Source: Isosphaeraceae bacterium (GTDB lineage: Bacteria > Planctomycetota > Planctomycetia > Isosphaerales > Isosphaeraceae). Taken from it: a stretch of DNA of 64,000 nucleotides. The position numbers and the translations under genes are program-made. Position 1 is the stretch's first letter. Every line of letters starts with the position of its first letter. The DNA lies in NCBI GenBank assembly GCA_965201075.1, contig CBDAVP010000010.1:1-64000 (forward strand), given 5' to 3'. Positions 20,426 through 30,816 of the stretch are shown here, in pieces. A model generated the notes under the pieces. That model did no database searches. It was not told the DNA's origin and saw nothing but the letters and a program-made list of their open reading frames with translations.

Positions 20426-22237
20426 ATGACGAAGCCCCTACCGACCGCCGCCCTCCTCCTCCTCCTCGCCACCCTCGCGACGGCGACTGCCCAGACGGCC
20501 CCCGAGCCCGATCGCTCGCCCATCGCCCTCGCTCTCTCTCGCGACGGAACCCGCCTCCTCACCGCCAACCAGGGCTCCGACTCCGTCTCCCTCCTCGACA
20601 CGACGGCACGCAAGGTCCTCCACGAACTCTCCACCGGCCCCAAACCCTCCAGCATCGCGCTCACCCGCGATGGCAAACAGGCCGTGGTTACGCACTGGTA
20701 CGGCGCCGACCTCGCCGTCCTGGACCTCAACAACGACCACCTCACCCTCAAGGGGCGGGTCGCGGTCGGTCCCGAACCCCGAGGCGTCGTCCTCGCTCCG
20801 GACGGCAAAACCGCCTACGTCGCCCTCGGCGCCGCCAACGAGATCGCCCGCGTCGACCTCGACACCCTCACCGTCAACGGCCGCCTCGCCGTGGGACGAG
20901 AACCCCGAGGCGTCGCCCTCTCCCCCGACGCCTCCCACCTGCTCGTCGGCAACGCCCGCTCCCAATCCCTCAGCCTCATTGACGTTCCCAACTGGAAGGT
21001 CGAGCGCTCGCAAACCATCGACGGCGACAACCTCCGCCAGGTCGCCTTCGGCCCCGACGGCAAGGGCTACGTCGTCAACATGAAGAACCGGGGCTTCGCC
21101 ACCACCGCCAACAACATCGACCTCGGCTGGGTCCTCGGCCAGCGCCTCACTCGCATCGACCCCACCGGCCCGCCCGGCTTCGAGACCCTCTCCCTCGACC
21201 CCTCCGGCCACGCCGTCGCCGATGTCCACGGCCTCGCCATCGCCGCCGACGGTCGTTTCCTCGCCGTCTCCTGCGGAGGCACCCACGAAGTCCTCCTCCT
21301 CCGGGCCGACGCCCGCCGTCTCCCCTGGCGCTCCAACGGCTCCCGAGACCTCATCGCCGGAGAACTCCTCTCGGGAGACGGCCGCTTCCGCCGCGTCCCC
21401 CTCGGCGGTCGCCCGACCGAGCTCGCCTTCGCCCCCGACGCCCACACGCTTTACGTCGCCAACACCCTGAACAACGCCGTCCAGGTCGTCGACGCCGAAG
21501 TCGGAACCCTGGTCGCCACCATCCCCCTCGGCGGTCCCGAAACCCCCTCGCTCGCCCGCCGAGGCGAGGCCCTCTTCCACGACGCCACCCGCTCCTCGAA
21601 CCAGTGGTATAGCTGCAACACCTGCCACAGCGACGGCCACACCAACGGACTCGACTTCGACACCCTCAACGACGGTTGGCAAGACCTCAGCACCGCCCAC
21701 GAACGCAGTCGCAAGAAGGTCCCCACCCTCCGACGGGTCGCTCACACCGGCCCCTGGACCTGGCACGGCTGGCAAACCTCCCTGCAAGACGCCGTCGTCG
21801 AGTCCTTCACCAAAAGCATGCAAGGCCCCCGACCCAACCCCGACGAGGTCGAAGCCGTGGTCGCCTTCCTCCAGACCCTCGACTACCCGCCCAACCCGAA
21901 CCTCGGCCCCAACAGCGAGCTCAGCCCCGAAGCCCTCCGGGGTCGCGAGGTCTTCCACTCCCCCAAGGCCGCCTGCAACTCCTGCCACGGCGGCCCCGAG
22001 CTCACCGACGGTCGCACTCACGAAACCGGCCTAGGCGAGCGCGGCGAACGCTACCACGGCTTCAACCCCCCATCCCTCCGAGGCGTCCACGACAAGGACC
22101 CCTACCTCCACGACGGCCGAGCCAAATCCCTCCGAGACGCCCTCGCCGGCCCTCACGCCGCCGACGACATCACCGGCCTGGGTACCCTCGACGACGCCGA
22201 GCTCGACGACCTCGTCGCCTACCTCAAATCCCTCTGA
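20426..22237 (+). CDS. Secreted YVTN beta-propeller protein with di-heme cytochrome c (peroxidase-like) domain
   Basis: Signal peptide; VAVGPEPRGVVL-type repeats; CNTCH and CNSCH heme motifs; PYLHDGRAKSL. Confidence 0.85.
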   Translation: MTKPLPTAALLLLLATLATATAQTAPEPDRSPIALALSRDGTRLLTANQGSDSVSLLDTTARKVLHELSTGPKPSSIALTRDGKQAVVTHWYGADLAVLDLNNDHLTLKGRVAVGPEPRGVVLAPDGKTAYVALGAANEIARVDLDTLTVNGRLAVGREPRGVALSPDASHLLVGNARSQSLSLIDVPNWKVERSQTIDGDNLRQVAFGPDGKGYVVNMKNRGFATTANNIDLGWVLGQRLTRIDPTGPPGFETLSLDPSGHAVADVHGLAIAADGRFLAVSCGGTHEVLLLRADARRLPWRSNGSRDLIAGELLSGDGRFRRVPLGGRPTELAFAPDAHTLYVANTLNNAVQVVDAEVGTLVATIPLGGPETPSLARRGEALFHDATRSSNQWYSCNTCHSDGHTNGLDFDTLNDGWQDLSTAHERSRKKVPTLRRVAHTGPWTWHGWQTSLQDAVVESFTKSMQGPRPNPDEVEAVVAFLQTLDYPPNPNLGPNSELSPEALRGREVFHSPKAACNSCHGGPELTDGRTHETGLGERGERYHGFNPPSLRGVHDKDPYLHDGRAKSLRDALAGPHAADDITGLGTLDDAELDDLVAYLKSL

Positions 22238-22256
22238 TCCACCACGTCCAACGCCC

Positions 22257-22293
22257 CGGCCCCGACCGCGGGCGGGTGCCGCGGGCGGGGCCG
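22257..22293. terminator. Hairpin between convergent genes
   Basis: CGGCCCCG-A-CCGCGG / CCGCGG-G-CGGGGCCG. Confidence 0.5.
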
Positions 22294-22349
22294 AGGTGCG
22301 AGACAACCAACTCACCCATCCCTCTGAGCGTTCACAAACTGTCTCAACC

Positions 22350-23597
22350 TCAGGCCGCGTTATAAGCCTTCAGCGAGTTGAGCTTGATGTTGAACCCGCC
22401 GAACGACAGCACGTCGTCAATGTCGTAGGCGTCCAGAATCTGGGCGATCGCCGCGTCCTGCTGGCTCTGCGCCGGAGCCGCCGAGGCCTTTGACACCGCC
22501 AGGTTCGGAGTGGCCGTCAACGTCAACGTCGGGATCGGGATCGGCGTGGGGGTCGGGGTCGGGGCGGGGGTCGGAGCCGCGATCACCAGCGGAACCGGAG
22601 CCGCGATCACCACCGGGGCCGGCGGGGCGATGGGGCCGACCGACACCGCGCTCGTGGTGGTCGACGGCGAGGTCCCCGGAGCGAGCCCATTGCCCTGGGC
22701 GTTCAGCAAGACGTCGTACTCCACGTTGCTGTTCCCAATCGTCACCGTCGCCGTCTGCAGCGTCTGACCATTCACCGAGGCCGTCACCGCGTACTTCCCG
22801 GGGGCCAGTTGCATCTCATAAGCCCCGCTGGCATCCCACGTCTGTTGCGTCGAGGTCGCCCCGGTCGGCTGGCCACTCGCATCCAGCGCCGTCGCCGAAA
22901 CCGTCACGCCCCCACGCCCCTCGCCCGCCTGGTAAACCCCGTCCGAACCCGGGGCATAGGCGAAGCCCAGCAGGTACGGCTGGGTCGACCGCGTGCCGAA
23001 GTCCATCGTCACCACGTCATTGCTCAGGCCGTTGTTCGACCCATCAGCAATCCCCACTCCGACCTCGTTGAACGACTGGGCCGACGGGTCGGGCTGAAGC
23101 ATGTTGATCCGGTGGCCCAGATCCGAAACGCCCCAGTCGATCAGGAACGCCCGCACCGAGTTCGCCGGGCTCGTGGCATAAGCGAAGGCATTCTCCCCAG
23201 CCTGCGACGCACCGGTATATCCCGCCGCGTTGACCCGAGCCCCCAGATCCATCCCGTTGGGGCCCTGGTGGGTCTGCTGGCCAACCTGAGCCTGGTAGTC
23301 GCTCTGCCCCTGGGCGGCATTCGTCAAGGCCGGCTGAAACGCCAGCGGCGGCCGCGCCGGAATCGCGGCCATCTGCTGCTGGAACGTGTCGGTGTTCACG
23401 CCATAATGCTGCAACGTCGGGGCCAGCGACGTATCCGCCAGGGCCCAGGCGGCCGCCTTGCTGGGGTTGGCCCTCGCGGCGTTGGTCAGGGCGATCACCT
23501 CGGCCGCCTGCGGAGTCAGAAACCCGGTCGCCATCAGCGAGCGGCCTTCCAGCGAGTCCATCTGAATCAGCGTCCGTCGGCGGGCGGTGAGGGCCAT
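22350..23597 (-). CDS. CAP (SCP) domain secreted protein
   Basis: MDSLEGRSLMA leader, LTNAARANP, GENAFA, DWGVSDLGHRINML, EVGVGI; Pro/Thr-rich linker. Confidence 0.85.
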   Translation of the reverse strand: MALTARRRTLIQMDSLEGRSLMATGFLTPQAAEVIALTNAARANPSKAAAWALADTSLAPTLQHYGVNTDTFQQQMAAIPARPPLAFQPALTNAAQGQSDYQAQVGQQTHQGPNGMDLGARVNAAGYTGASQAGENAFAYATSPANSVRAFLIDWGVSDLGHRINMLQPDPSAQSFNEVGVGIADGSNNGLSNDVVTMDFGTRSTQPYLLGFAYAPGSDGVYQAGEGRGGVTVSATALDASGQPTGATSTQQTWDASGAYEMQLAPGKYAVTASVNGQTLQTATVTIGNSNVEYDVLLNAQGNGLAPGTSPSTTTSAVSVGPIAPPAPVVIAAPVPLVIAAPTPAPTPTPTPIPIPTLTLTATPNLAVSKASAAPAQSQQDAAIAQILDAYDIDDVLSFGGFNIKLNSLKAYNAA

Positions 23598-23757
23598 CTT
23601 GGCGTCTCCAGACTTATCGAAACCGCCAGTCCGGCGGATCGTTCGGTGGAAGGCACCCCGGCCAACGTGGGCGGGGCCGATCACGCAGTGCCCAACCAAC
23701 TTGAGGAAATCTCAGGAGGGCAACTCAGCGTGTCCGGCGGGGCGAGAGACAGCAGAA

Positions 23758-23773
23758 TGCAGCCCCCGTGCCA
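23758..23773 (-). promoter_or_regulatory. Putative sigma-54 (-24/-12) promoter for the CAP-domain gene
   Basis: Minus strand TGGCACGGGGGCTGCA with exact GG-N10-GC spacing, ~160 bp upstream of the ATG. Confidence 0.6.
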
Positions 23774-24146
23774 GAACCCAAAACGCCATGCGCGGAATCA
23801 ACGCAAAACGTCTGTGCCACCTGGACTTAAAATTCTCCAGGACACCCCGGGCTCGTCCCCACTGCTCGCGGCATTCACCCTTTGTCAAGGGGAATTCGCC
23901 CGGCGCGACTTGCAGACTTACAAATTGGCCGTTCTTACAAGCCACCTGGGGGCCGAAAAACTGGCGAAAAATAGGCTAAAGTTCCGGTTCATGGCGGTCG
24001 AAACGGTTATCCCGAATCCGCAATCCAGGGTGCTCCTGCCCCTCCCAACGGCACCCAACCGGCGTACCTTGCGGCGACCGGGGCCACGAGATAGGCTGAG
24101 GGTCCTACCCCGACCCCGCACCCCGGTCCCCTGGAGATGGCGAGCG

Positions 24147-25979
24147 ATGCCCCCGGCCCCCGACCTCACCCAGCGCGTCGCGGACGCCGAGCAATCCGGC
24201 AAGCTCTCCGCCCCCGCCGCGGCCAACATCCGCCGCTGGCTGACCGAGCCCCCCTACGCCGCCTACCGGGACGAACTCGCCCGGGAGATTCAGGCCCAGG
24301 AGTGGAAACGCCTCGACGACGACTTCTACGCCGTCCTGGAGTTCGGCACCGGCGGACGCCGCGGCAAGATGGACCCCGTCGGCACCAACGTCCTCAACGC
24401 CCGCACCATCGGCGAAAGCGCCCGCGGCCTGGCCGACTACATCACCCGCCAGAAAGGGGCCGACGCCCCCAAATCCTGCGTCATCGCCCGAGACACCCGC
24501 CACAACTCCCCCGAGTTCGCCCAGCGCTGCGCCACGGTCCTGGTCGCCGCCGGCTTCCGCGTCTACCTCTTCCCCGACTTCCGCTCGACCCCCCTGCTCT
24601 CCTTCGCCACGCGTCACCTCAAATGCGACGCCGGCATCATGATCACCGCCTCGCATAACGCCCCCGCCGACAACGGCTTCAAGTGCTACGCCGCCACCGG
24701 GGGCCAGGTCGTCCCCCCCGACGACACCGGCATCATCGACTGCGTCAAGGCCGCCGCCGACCGCGAGATCCCCGAGGCCGACTACGACCAGGCCCTCAAG
24801 GACGGAACCATCGTCCTGGTGGGCAAGGAGGTCGACGACGCCTACATCAACGCCGCCCTCGCCGAGTCCGTCAGCCCCGCCCGAGACCTCTCGATTGTCT
24901 ACACCCCCATGCACGGCGTCGGCGAAACCTCGGTCGCCGCGACGCTCATCAAGGCCGGTTTCAAGACCGAGATCCTCGCCTATCAGCGGACCCCCGACGG
25001 CGACTTCCCCAACATCCCCGACCACGTCTCCAACCCCGAATACCCCAAGACGCTCGCCGCCTCGATCGCCCGGGCCAAGGAGATCGGCGCCGACCTCGTC
25101 CTGGGCAGCGACCCCGACGCCGACCGCATCGGCGTCGGCATCCCCGTCAATGGCGATCCCAAAGGGGAATGGACCACCCTCGACGGCAACCAGATCGGCT
25201 CCTTGCTGACGGCCTTCATCATCAAGCAGGCCAAGGCCAACGGCCGCCTCCTGCCTCACCACTACATCATCACCACGCTCGTCTCGACCCAGATGGCCAG
25301 GGCCCTGGCCGCCCGGGAGGGCGTCACCACCGAGGACGACCTTCTCGTCGGCTTCAAGTGGATCGGCCAACGGATCGACCAGGCCAGTCCCGCCGGCTTC
25401 CTCTTCGGCTTCGAGGAATCCCACGGCTACCTCAAGGGCACCTACGCTCGGGACAAGGACGCCGCCGTCGCCTCCCTGCTGTTCGCCGAACTTGCCGCCA
25501 CGGTCAAGGACCGCAAGCAAACCGTCCTGGAATACCTCGACGACCTGTACATCGACGTAGGCCATTACGCTGAGCGTCTCATCAACAAGACCCTCGAAGG
25601 CCGAGAGGGCGCCACCGAGATCAAGAAGCTGATGGCCGCCTTCCGGGACCACCCCCCGAAGTCGGTCGCCGGCCTGGACGTGGCCGAGATACGCGACTAC
25701 AAAACCCACGAGATCCGCACCCCCGGAGCCGCCGCGAAACCTCTACCCCAGCCCTCCGGCGATCTGCTGATCTTCCACCTCAACGCCCCCGGAACCCGTT
25801 TCGCCGTCCGCCCGTCCGGCACCGAGCCCAAGATCAAGTTCTACCTCTACGCCCGAACCTCGACCGATGGAATCTCCGACCCGCGAAAGCTCGCCGAGGT
25901 CAAGACGCAAACCGACGCCCGACTCGACCACATCGCCAGGGACCTGGAAATCTACATCGCCGAAGTCCTCAAGAACTAA
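24147..25979 (+). CDS. Phospho-sugar mutase (phosphoglucomutase/phosphomannomutase family)
   Basis: LEFGTGGRRG, MITASHN, GSDPDADRIG, FEESHGY, RPSGTEPKIKFY. Confidence 0.93.
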   Translation: MPPAPDLTQRVADAEQSGKLSAPAAANIRRWLTEPPYAAYRDELAREIQAQEWKRLDDDFYAVLEFGTGGRRGKMDPVGTNVLNARTIGESARGLADYITRQKGADAPKSCVIARDTRHNSPEFAQRCATVLVAAGFRVYLFPDFRSTPLLSFATRHLKCDAGIMITASHNAPADNGFKCYAATGGQVVPPDDTGIIDCVKAAADREIPEADYDQALKDGTIVLVGKEVDDAYINAALAESVSPARDLSIVYTPMHGVGETSVAATLIKAGFKTEILAYQRTPDGDFPNIPDHVSNPEYPKTLAASIARAKEIGADLVLGSDPDADRIGVGIPVNGDPKGEWTTLDGNQIGSLLTAFIIKQAKANGRLLPHHYIITTLVSTQMARALAAREGVTTEDDLLVGFKWIGQRIDQASPAGFLFGFEESHGYLKGTYARDKDAAVASLLFAELAATVKDRKQTVLEYLDDLYIDVGHYAERLINKTLEGREGATEIKKLMAAFRDHPPKSVAGLDVAEIRDYKTHEIRTPGAAAKPLPQPSGDLLIFHLNAPGTRFAVRPSGTEPKIKFYLYARTSTDGISDPRKLAEVKTQTDARLDHIARDLEIYIAEVLKN

Positions 25980-25995
25980 ACAACTCCCGTAATCC

Positions 25996-26027
25996 GCGTC
26001 CCCCCCCTGGTCCTCCGGGGGGGACGC
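25996..26027 (+). terminator. Hairpin after the phosphosugar mutase gene
   Basis: GCGTCCCCCCC / GGGGGGGACGC stem. Confidence 0.45.
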
Positions 26028-26131
26028 CGTTCCGGCCGCTCCGCGGCCCGTCCCCAAAGACCGCCGACAGCCTGACCCAAACGCACCTGGCCATCCGCCC
26101 AAAACACCGAAGAGACGAGGGCCACAACCAC

Positions 26132-27484
26132 ATGGCCGAAACACCCACGCCCGACACCGACACGACCGAGGGAACCAGCACCCCCGGCGCTCAGACTCGC
26201 AAGTTCCCCACCTCCCCCGGCGTTTACCTGATGAAGGACGCCCAGGGCCGGGTCGTCTACATCGGCAAGGCCAAGAACCTCCGAGCCCGCGCCGGCTCCT
26301 ACTTCCACAAGACCGCCGCCGACGACCCCCGCATCCGCGACTGGATTGGCGAGGTCGTCGACGTCGAATGCCTGGAGGCCGAGAGCGAGGTCGACGCCCT
26401 CCTGATGGAAGCCCGCCTCATCAAGGACATCCAGCCCCGCCACAACGCCGACCTGAAGGATGACAAGTCCTTCCCATATCTCCAAATCACCACGAACGAA
26501 GACTTCCCCCGGGTCAACTTCACCCGCCAGCCGGCCGACCGAGGCGTCAAGCTCTACGGCCCCTTCCCCCGCGCCAAGAGCCTCCGAGGCGCCATCCAGG
26601 TCCTTCAGCGCATCTTCAAGTTCCGCACCTGCTCGCTCGACATCGACGAGGACGACCCCCGCTGGCGATGGTTCCGTCCCTGCCTGCTGCACTCGATCAA
26701 TCAGTGTACCGCTCCCTGCAACCTCCGCATCGACCGCGAGACCTATCGCAAGGACATCCGCCGCCTGATGCTCTTTCTCGATGGCAAAAAGGATGTTGTC
26801 CTCGCCGAGATCGAGGCCGAGATGCGCGAGGCCAGCAAGGCTCTCCAGTTCGAGAAGGCCGGGCGCCTCCGCGACGAGTTGAAGGCCCTCAACACGCTCA
26901 ACCTGCGCGGGGATCTCGCCAAGCACGCCCAGCCGGAAGTCTTCTACGTCGACCCGCGGAAAGGGCTGAAAGGCTTGCAAAAGGCTCTCGGCCTGTCCGC
27001 TGTCCCCCGCACGATCCACGGCGTCGACATCGCCCACCTCGGCGGCACCGAAACCGTCGGCTCCCTGGTCACGTTCATCGACGGCCTCCCGTTCAAGCCG
27101 GGATACCGCCGCTACAAGATCAAAAGCGTCGCGGGCATTGACGATTACGCGTCGATCCGTGAAGTCGTCTCCCGGCGCATCCAGGGGCTCGCCGAGCGCG
27201 ACGAGCCGTTCCCCGACATCTTCATGATCGACGGCGGCAAGGGGCAGCTCAGCGCGGCGCTCGATGCCTTCCGAGTGCTGGGCGTCGATCCGCCGACATT
27301 GATCTCGCTGGCCAAGCAGGAAGAACAAATCTTCATCCCCGGCCGGCCCGACCCCATCGTCCTGCCCCGTCGCTCCTTCGCCCTGCGACTGCTGCAATAC
27401 GTCCGCGACGAGGCCCACCGCTTCGCCCAGCACTACCACCACATGTTGCGCAAGAAGCGGACCTTTGGGGACGGCCGCGACTGA
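26132..27484 (+). CDS. uvrC: Excinuclease ABC subunit C (short form without C-terminal HhH)
   Basis: PGVYLMKD..YIGKAKNLR (GIY-YIG), FEKAGRLRD (UVR), IDGGKGQL, RDEAHRFA. Confidence 0.92.
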   Translation: MAETPTPDTDTTEGTSTPGAQTRKFPTSPGVYLMKDAQGRVVYIGKAKNLRARAGSYFHKTAADDPRIRDWIGEVVDVECLEAESEVDALLMEARLIKDIQPRHNADLKDDKSFPYLQITTNEDFPRVNFTRQPADRGVKLYGPFPRAKSLRGAIQVLQRIFKFRTCSLDIDEDDPRWRWFRPCLLHSINQCTAPCNLRIDRETYRKDIRRLMLFLDGKKDVVLAEIEAEMREASKALQFEKAGRLRDELKALNTLNLRGDLAKHAQPEVFYVDPRKGLKGLQKALGLSAVPRTIHGVDIAHLGGTETVGSLVTFIDGLPFKPGYRRYKIKSVAGIDDYASIREVVSRRIQGLAERDEPFPDIFMIDGGKGQLSAALDAFRVLGVDPPTLISLAKQEEQIFIPGRPDPIVLPRRSFALRLLQYVRDEAHRFAQHYHHMLRKKRTFGDGRD

Positions 27485-28647
27485 TGACCCGCCCGCGACT
27501 CTCAAAAACCCCCTGGCCCTGGGTCGTCCTGGGCCTGGCGATCCAGATTCTGCCGACCTGGGCCAACGTCCGCGTCGTCAACCTCGGCAACATCACCGGG
27601 ATTTATATGATCTCCCGGGAACGCTACGCCGACTCGATCCTGCCGCGGGTTTACCCCCCGTCGGCGATCCGGTTCGTCGACAACCCCTATGACCCGTACT
27701 ACTTCCTGGCCCTGGCCGTCGACCCGTCCTTGCGTCGGCACGTCTTGCAACCCAACGCCTCCGAATGGGTCTTCTACCGGGGCCGCCGCATCCTGTTTCC
27801 CTGGGCGGCCTGGGCGCTCGGGCTCGGGCGACCCGATTGGATTCCCTACGGCCTGCCCCTCGCGCAGTTCCTGGCAATGGGGGCGGGGTTGTGGGCGATG
27901 GCGCGGGTGCTGATCGACCACGGCCGACATCCGTCGTGGGCGTTGTTGCACGCCATGAGCCTGGGAACGTCGATCTGCGTGATCCGCCCCCTGTCCGACC
28001 TGTTCGCCACGAACTTCCTGCTGCTGGGCTCGTGGGCCTGGCTCCGGCGGCGGGACGCCCTCGCCGCGACGGCCTTCGCGGCGGCATGCCTGTCCAAGGA
28101 AACGTCGATCCTGCTGCCGGCGGTCCTGGGCGCATGGTCTCTGGCGTCCCGTCAATGGCGGCGGGCGTCGTGGCTTCTGTTGGCGCCGTTGGTGATGGGG
28201 CTCTGGTGGGCGTCGCTGGCGTCGCGTCTGCCCGGCGGCACGGTGGATTCTCACAACCTGGGCGTCCCCTTCGCCGCCCTGGGCGCGCGGCTGCTGGCCC
28301 CGCCTCTGGGCCGCGGCATTTGCGAGGCCGTGGCCCTGTGGTCCAGCGTGGTCGGCCTGGTCTGCGTCGTGCTGGCCCCGCCTCGCTCCTGGGACGTCTG
28401 GCGAATCGCCTTGGTGCCGATGGCCCTGCTTTCGGTCCTGTCGGCGGACTACATCTGGTACGACTACTGGTCCTACGGCCGGGTCCACATGGCGATTCCC
28501 GCCTTCCTCTTGTGGTGTTACGCCCTCCACGGGCGTCGGACCGACCTGATCACGCCGGTCGCCTCGGCGGTGGCCGGCGTCCTGGTCTGGTATGCCCAAC
28601 TCGGGTATCGTGAAGGGGTGGGCCGGATCGTCCAAGCGGTGTTTTGA
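27484..28647 (+). CDS. Integral membrane protein, GT-C-like
   Basis: YDPYYFLALAVDP, YRGRRILFPW, LSKET, NLGVPF; many TM helices; TGATG overlap with uvrC. Confidence 0.6.
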   Translation: MTRPRLSKTPWPWVVLGLAIQILPTWANVRVVNLGNITGIYMISRERYADSILPRVYPPSAIRFVDNPYDPYYFLALAVDPSLRRHVLQPNASEWVFYRGRRILFPWAAWALGLGRPDWIPYGLPLAQFLAMGAGLWAMARVLIDHGRHPSWALLHAMSLGTSICVIRPLSDLFATNFLLLGSWAWLRRRDALAATAFAAACLSKETSILLPAVLGAWSLASRQWRRASWLLLAPLVMGLWWASLASRLPGGTVDSHNLGVPFAALGARLLAPPLGRGICEAVALWSSVVGLVCVVLAPPRSWDVWRIALVPMALLSVLSADYIWYDYWSYGRVHMAIPAFLLWCYALHGRRTDLITPVASAVAGVLVWYAQLGYREGVGRIVQAVF

Positions 28648-28880
28648 ATCCGCGGGAAGGTCGGCGGGCCCAAGGAATGTCTCGAGACCTTCTCGCAAGC
28701 CGGGGCGAAACGATCGATGTCCATGCCCGAAACCGATCCCGGCAGTTGGTGTTCCCCCGACCCCGGTCCGAGGGTATTGCATCGAGTCGACCCCGCGAGG
28801 AGTGTCCGGAATTCTGCCATCTAAGTTGTCCTGGACCTTTCGAGCCTTGAGAGCGGAGTCGCGACGTCTCCGATGAGCCG

Positions 28881-30773
28881 ATGATTCTCGCCTCCGCCCA
28901 CGACCTGGCCCGCCAGTATTCCGGCGACCCGATCTTTCAAGGTCTGGCCTTCGACATCCGCGCCGGTGAGCGCGTCGGCCTGGTCGGACCCAACGGAGCG
29001 GGCAAGACGTCGTTGATGCGACTGATCGCCAGGCTCGACGTCCCCGACTACGGCACCATCCACGTCCGCTCGGGCGTCCGCGTCGGGTTGCTCCGCCAGC
29101 AGCCGGATTTCGACCCATCCCTCACGGCGATGGAGGTGGCGCGATTGGGCCTGGGCTCGGTCTTGAACCTCCGCCAGCAGTTGGAGGAAGCCGCCGCCGA
29201 ACTCGCCGAGGCCGAGGACGACGACGATCGAGAGCGGGCCAGCCGACGCTACGCCGAGATCCACGAACGCATCGAGCATCAGGATGCCTACTCGGTCGAC
29301 CACCGGGTCGGCGAGGTTCTGGGCGGCCTTGGCTTCGGTCCCGAGGAGGCCAACCGCCCAGCCAAGACCTTCTCCGGCGGCCAGCAGTCGCGCTTGATGC
29401 TGGCCAAGCTTTTGCTGGAAAGCCCCGACCTGATGTTGCTGGACGAGCCGTCGAATCACCTCGACGTCGAGACCACCGCCTGGCTCGAAAACTACCTGTC
29501 GAGGCAAGGGGTGGCGATGGTCGTCGTCAGTCACGACCGCTACTTCCTCGACAAGGTCGTGACCAAGATCTGGGAGTTGCACTTCGGCGCCGTGGCGGTC
29601 TACCCGGGCAACTACACCCAGTACATGAAGCTGAGGGAGGAGCGGGCCAAGGTTTTGCGAAGGCAATCGGAGAAGCAGGCCGACCAGATCGCCGACCTCC
29701 AGCAGTTCGTCGACCGCTGGGGAGCCGGTCAGAAGGCCAAGCAGGCCAAGGACCGCGAAAAGAAGCTGGCGAGGATCGAAAAGGTTGAGACCATGGCCGA
29801 GATCGTCGGTCCCCGCATGGGCTTCGGCGAGGTCGAACGCGCCGGTGACGTCGTGATCGAGGCGAAGGAGGTCGCCAAGGCATACGCCAGGCCGCTCTTC
29901 CAGAAGCTGAATCTGGAAATCCAGAGGGGCCAGTGCGTCGGCGTGATGGGCCCCAACGGAGCGGGCAAATCCACGCTCTTGAAGATCCTGATCGGTCGAG
30001 AGAAGGCTGACGCCGGCCAGGTGCGGCTGGGTCACAAGGTTCAGGTTGGCTACTACGACCAGGGCCTCGAAGCCCTGCCGCCCGAAACCACCGTCGTCCG
30101 CGCCGTCTGGCCCGACGACGAGGTCGACTGGGCCGAAAGCGAGGTCCGCGCCATTCTCGGGCGGTTCGGCCTCTCGGGCGACCTGGGATCACAGCCCGTG
30201 GGCAAGCTTTCCGGAGGAGAGAAGGGGAAAGCGGCGCTGGCGAGGCTGGCGGCCACCGGCGCGAACCTCCTGGTGATGGACGAGCCGACCAACCACCTGG
30301 ATATCTGGTCGTGCGAGGCGCTGGAACGCTCGATTCGCGAATTCGAGGGAACCGTGCTGGTCGTCAGTCACGACCGCTACTTCCTCAACCAGGTCGCCGA
30401 CCGGATCATCGTGGTCGCCGACGGCCGAGCGCGAGTCTTCGACGGCGACTATGAGACGTATCAACGAATCGCCAAGCAGGAGGCCGACGACGCATCGGCC
30501 AGGGCCGTCGCCACCGCCCCTCCGAAAGCCGAGGCCCCCGGCAAGTCGGGCAAGCGCAAGCGGAAGTTCCCCTATCGTAAGGCCGACGACGTGGAGCGGG
30601 AGATCGGCCAGCGAGAGGCTGAACTCGCCGAGGTCGAGCGCCTGCTAGCCCTGCCCGAGACCTGGAAGGACGCCGCCACCGCGCGGTCGGCCCAGACCCG
30701 CTACGACGACGGCAAAACCGCGATCGCGACGCTCTACGAAGCATGGGAAGAGGCTTTGGAGATCAACGGTTAA
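28881..30773 (+). CDS. ABC-F family ATP-binding protein
   Basis: Two GPNGAGK Walker A motifs, FSGGQ/LSGGE, DEPS/TNHLD, VSHDRYFL; C-terminal coiled coil. Confidence 0.93.
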   Translation: MILASAHDLARQYSGDPIFQGLAFDIRAGERVGLVGPNGAGKTSLMRLIARLDVPDYGTIHVRSGVRVGLLRQQPDFDPSLTAMEVARLGLGSVLNLRQQLEEAAAELAEAEDDDDRERASRRYAEIHERIEHQDAYSVDHRVGEVLGGLGFGPEEANRPAKTFSGGQQSRLMLAKLLLESPDLMLLDEPSNHLDVETTAWLENYLSRQGVAMVVVSHDRYFLDKVVTKIWELHFGAVAVYPGNYTQYMKLREERAKVLRRQSEKQADQIADLQQFVDRWGAGQKAKQAKDREKKLARIEKVETMAEIVGPRMGFGEVERAGDVVIEAKEVAKAYARPLFQKLNLEIQRGQCVGVMGPNGAGKSTLLKILIGREKADAGQVRLGHKVQVGYYDQGLEALPPETTVVRAVWPDDEVDWAESEVRAILGRFGLSGDLGSQPVGKLSGGEKGKAALARLAATGANLLVMDEPTNHLDIWSCEALERSIREFEGTVLVVSHDRYFLNQVADRIIVVADGRARVFDGDYETYQRIAKQEADDASARAVATAPPKAEAPGKSGKRKRKFPYRKADDVEREIGQREAELAEVERLLALPETWKDAATARSAQTRYDDGKTAIATLYEAWEEALEING

Positions 30774-30816
30774 ACGTGCTTTGTCCCCATCGATCCCGAT
30801 CCGACCGGACTTCACG

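Noticed and set aside
22510..22630. Short tandem repeats (GGGGTC-like units, duplicated GGAGCCGCGATCACCA)
   Set aside because: They encode the Pro/Thr-rich linker of the CAP protein
23800..23820. Second sigma-54-like motif (TGGCAC...TTTTGC, minus strand)
   Set aside because: GG-GC spacing is 12, not the required 10
22809..24146. Long N-terminal extension of the 1056-aa ORF
   Set aside because: Overlaps the CAP gene antisense; mutase-like sequence starts at ATG 24147
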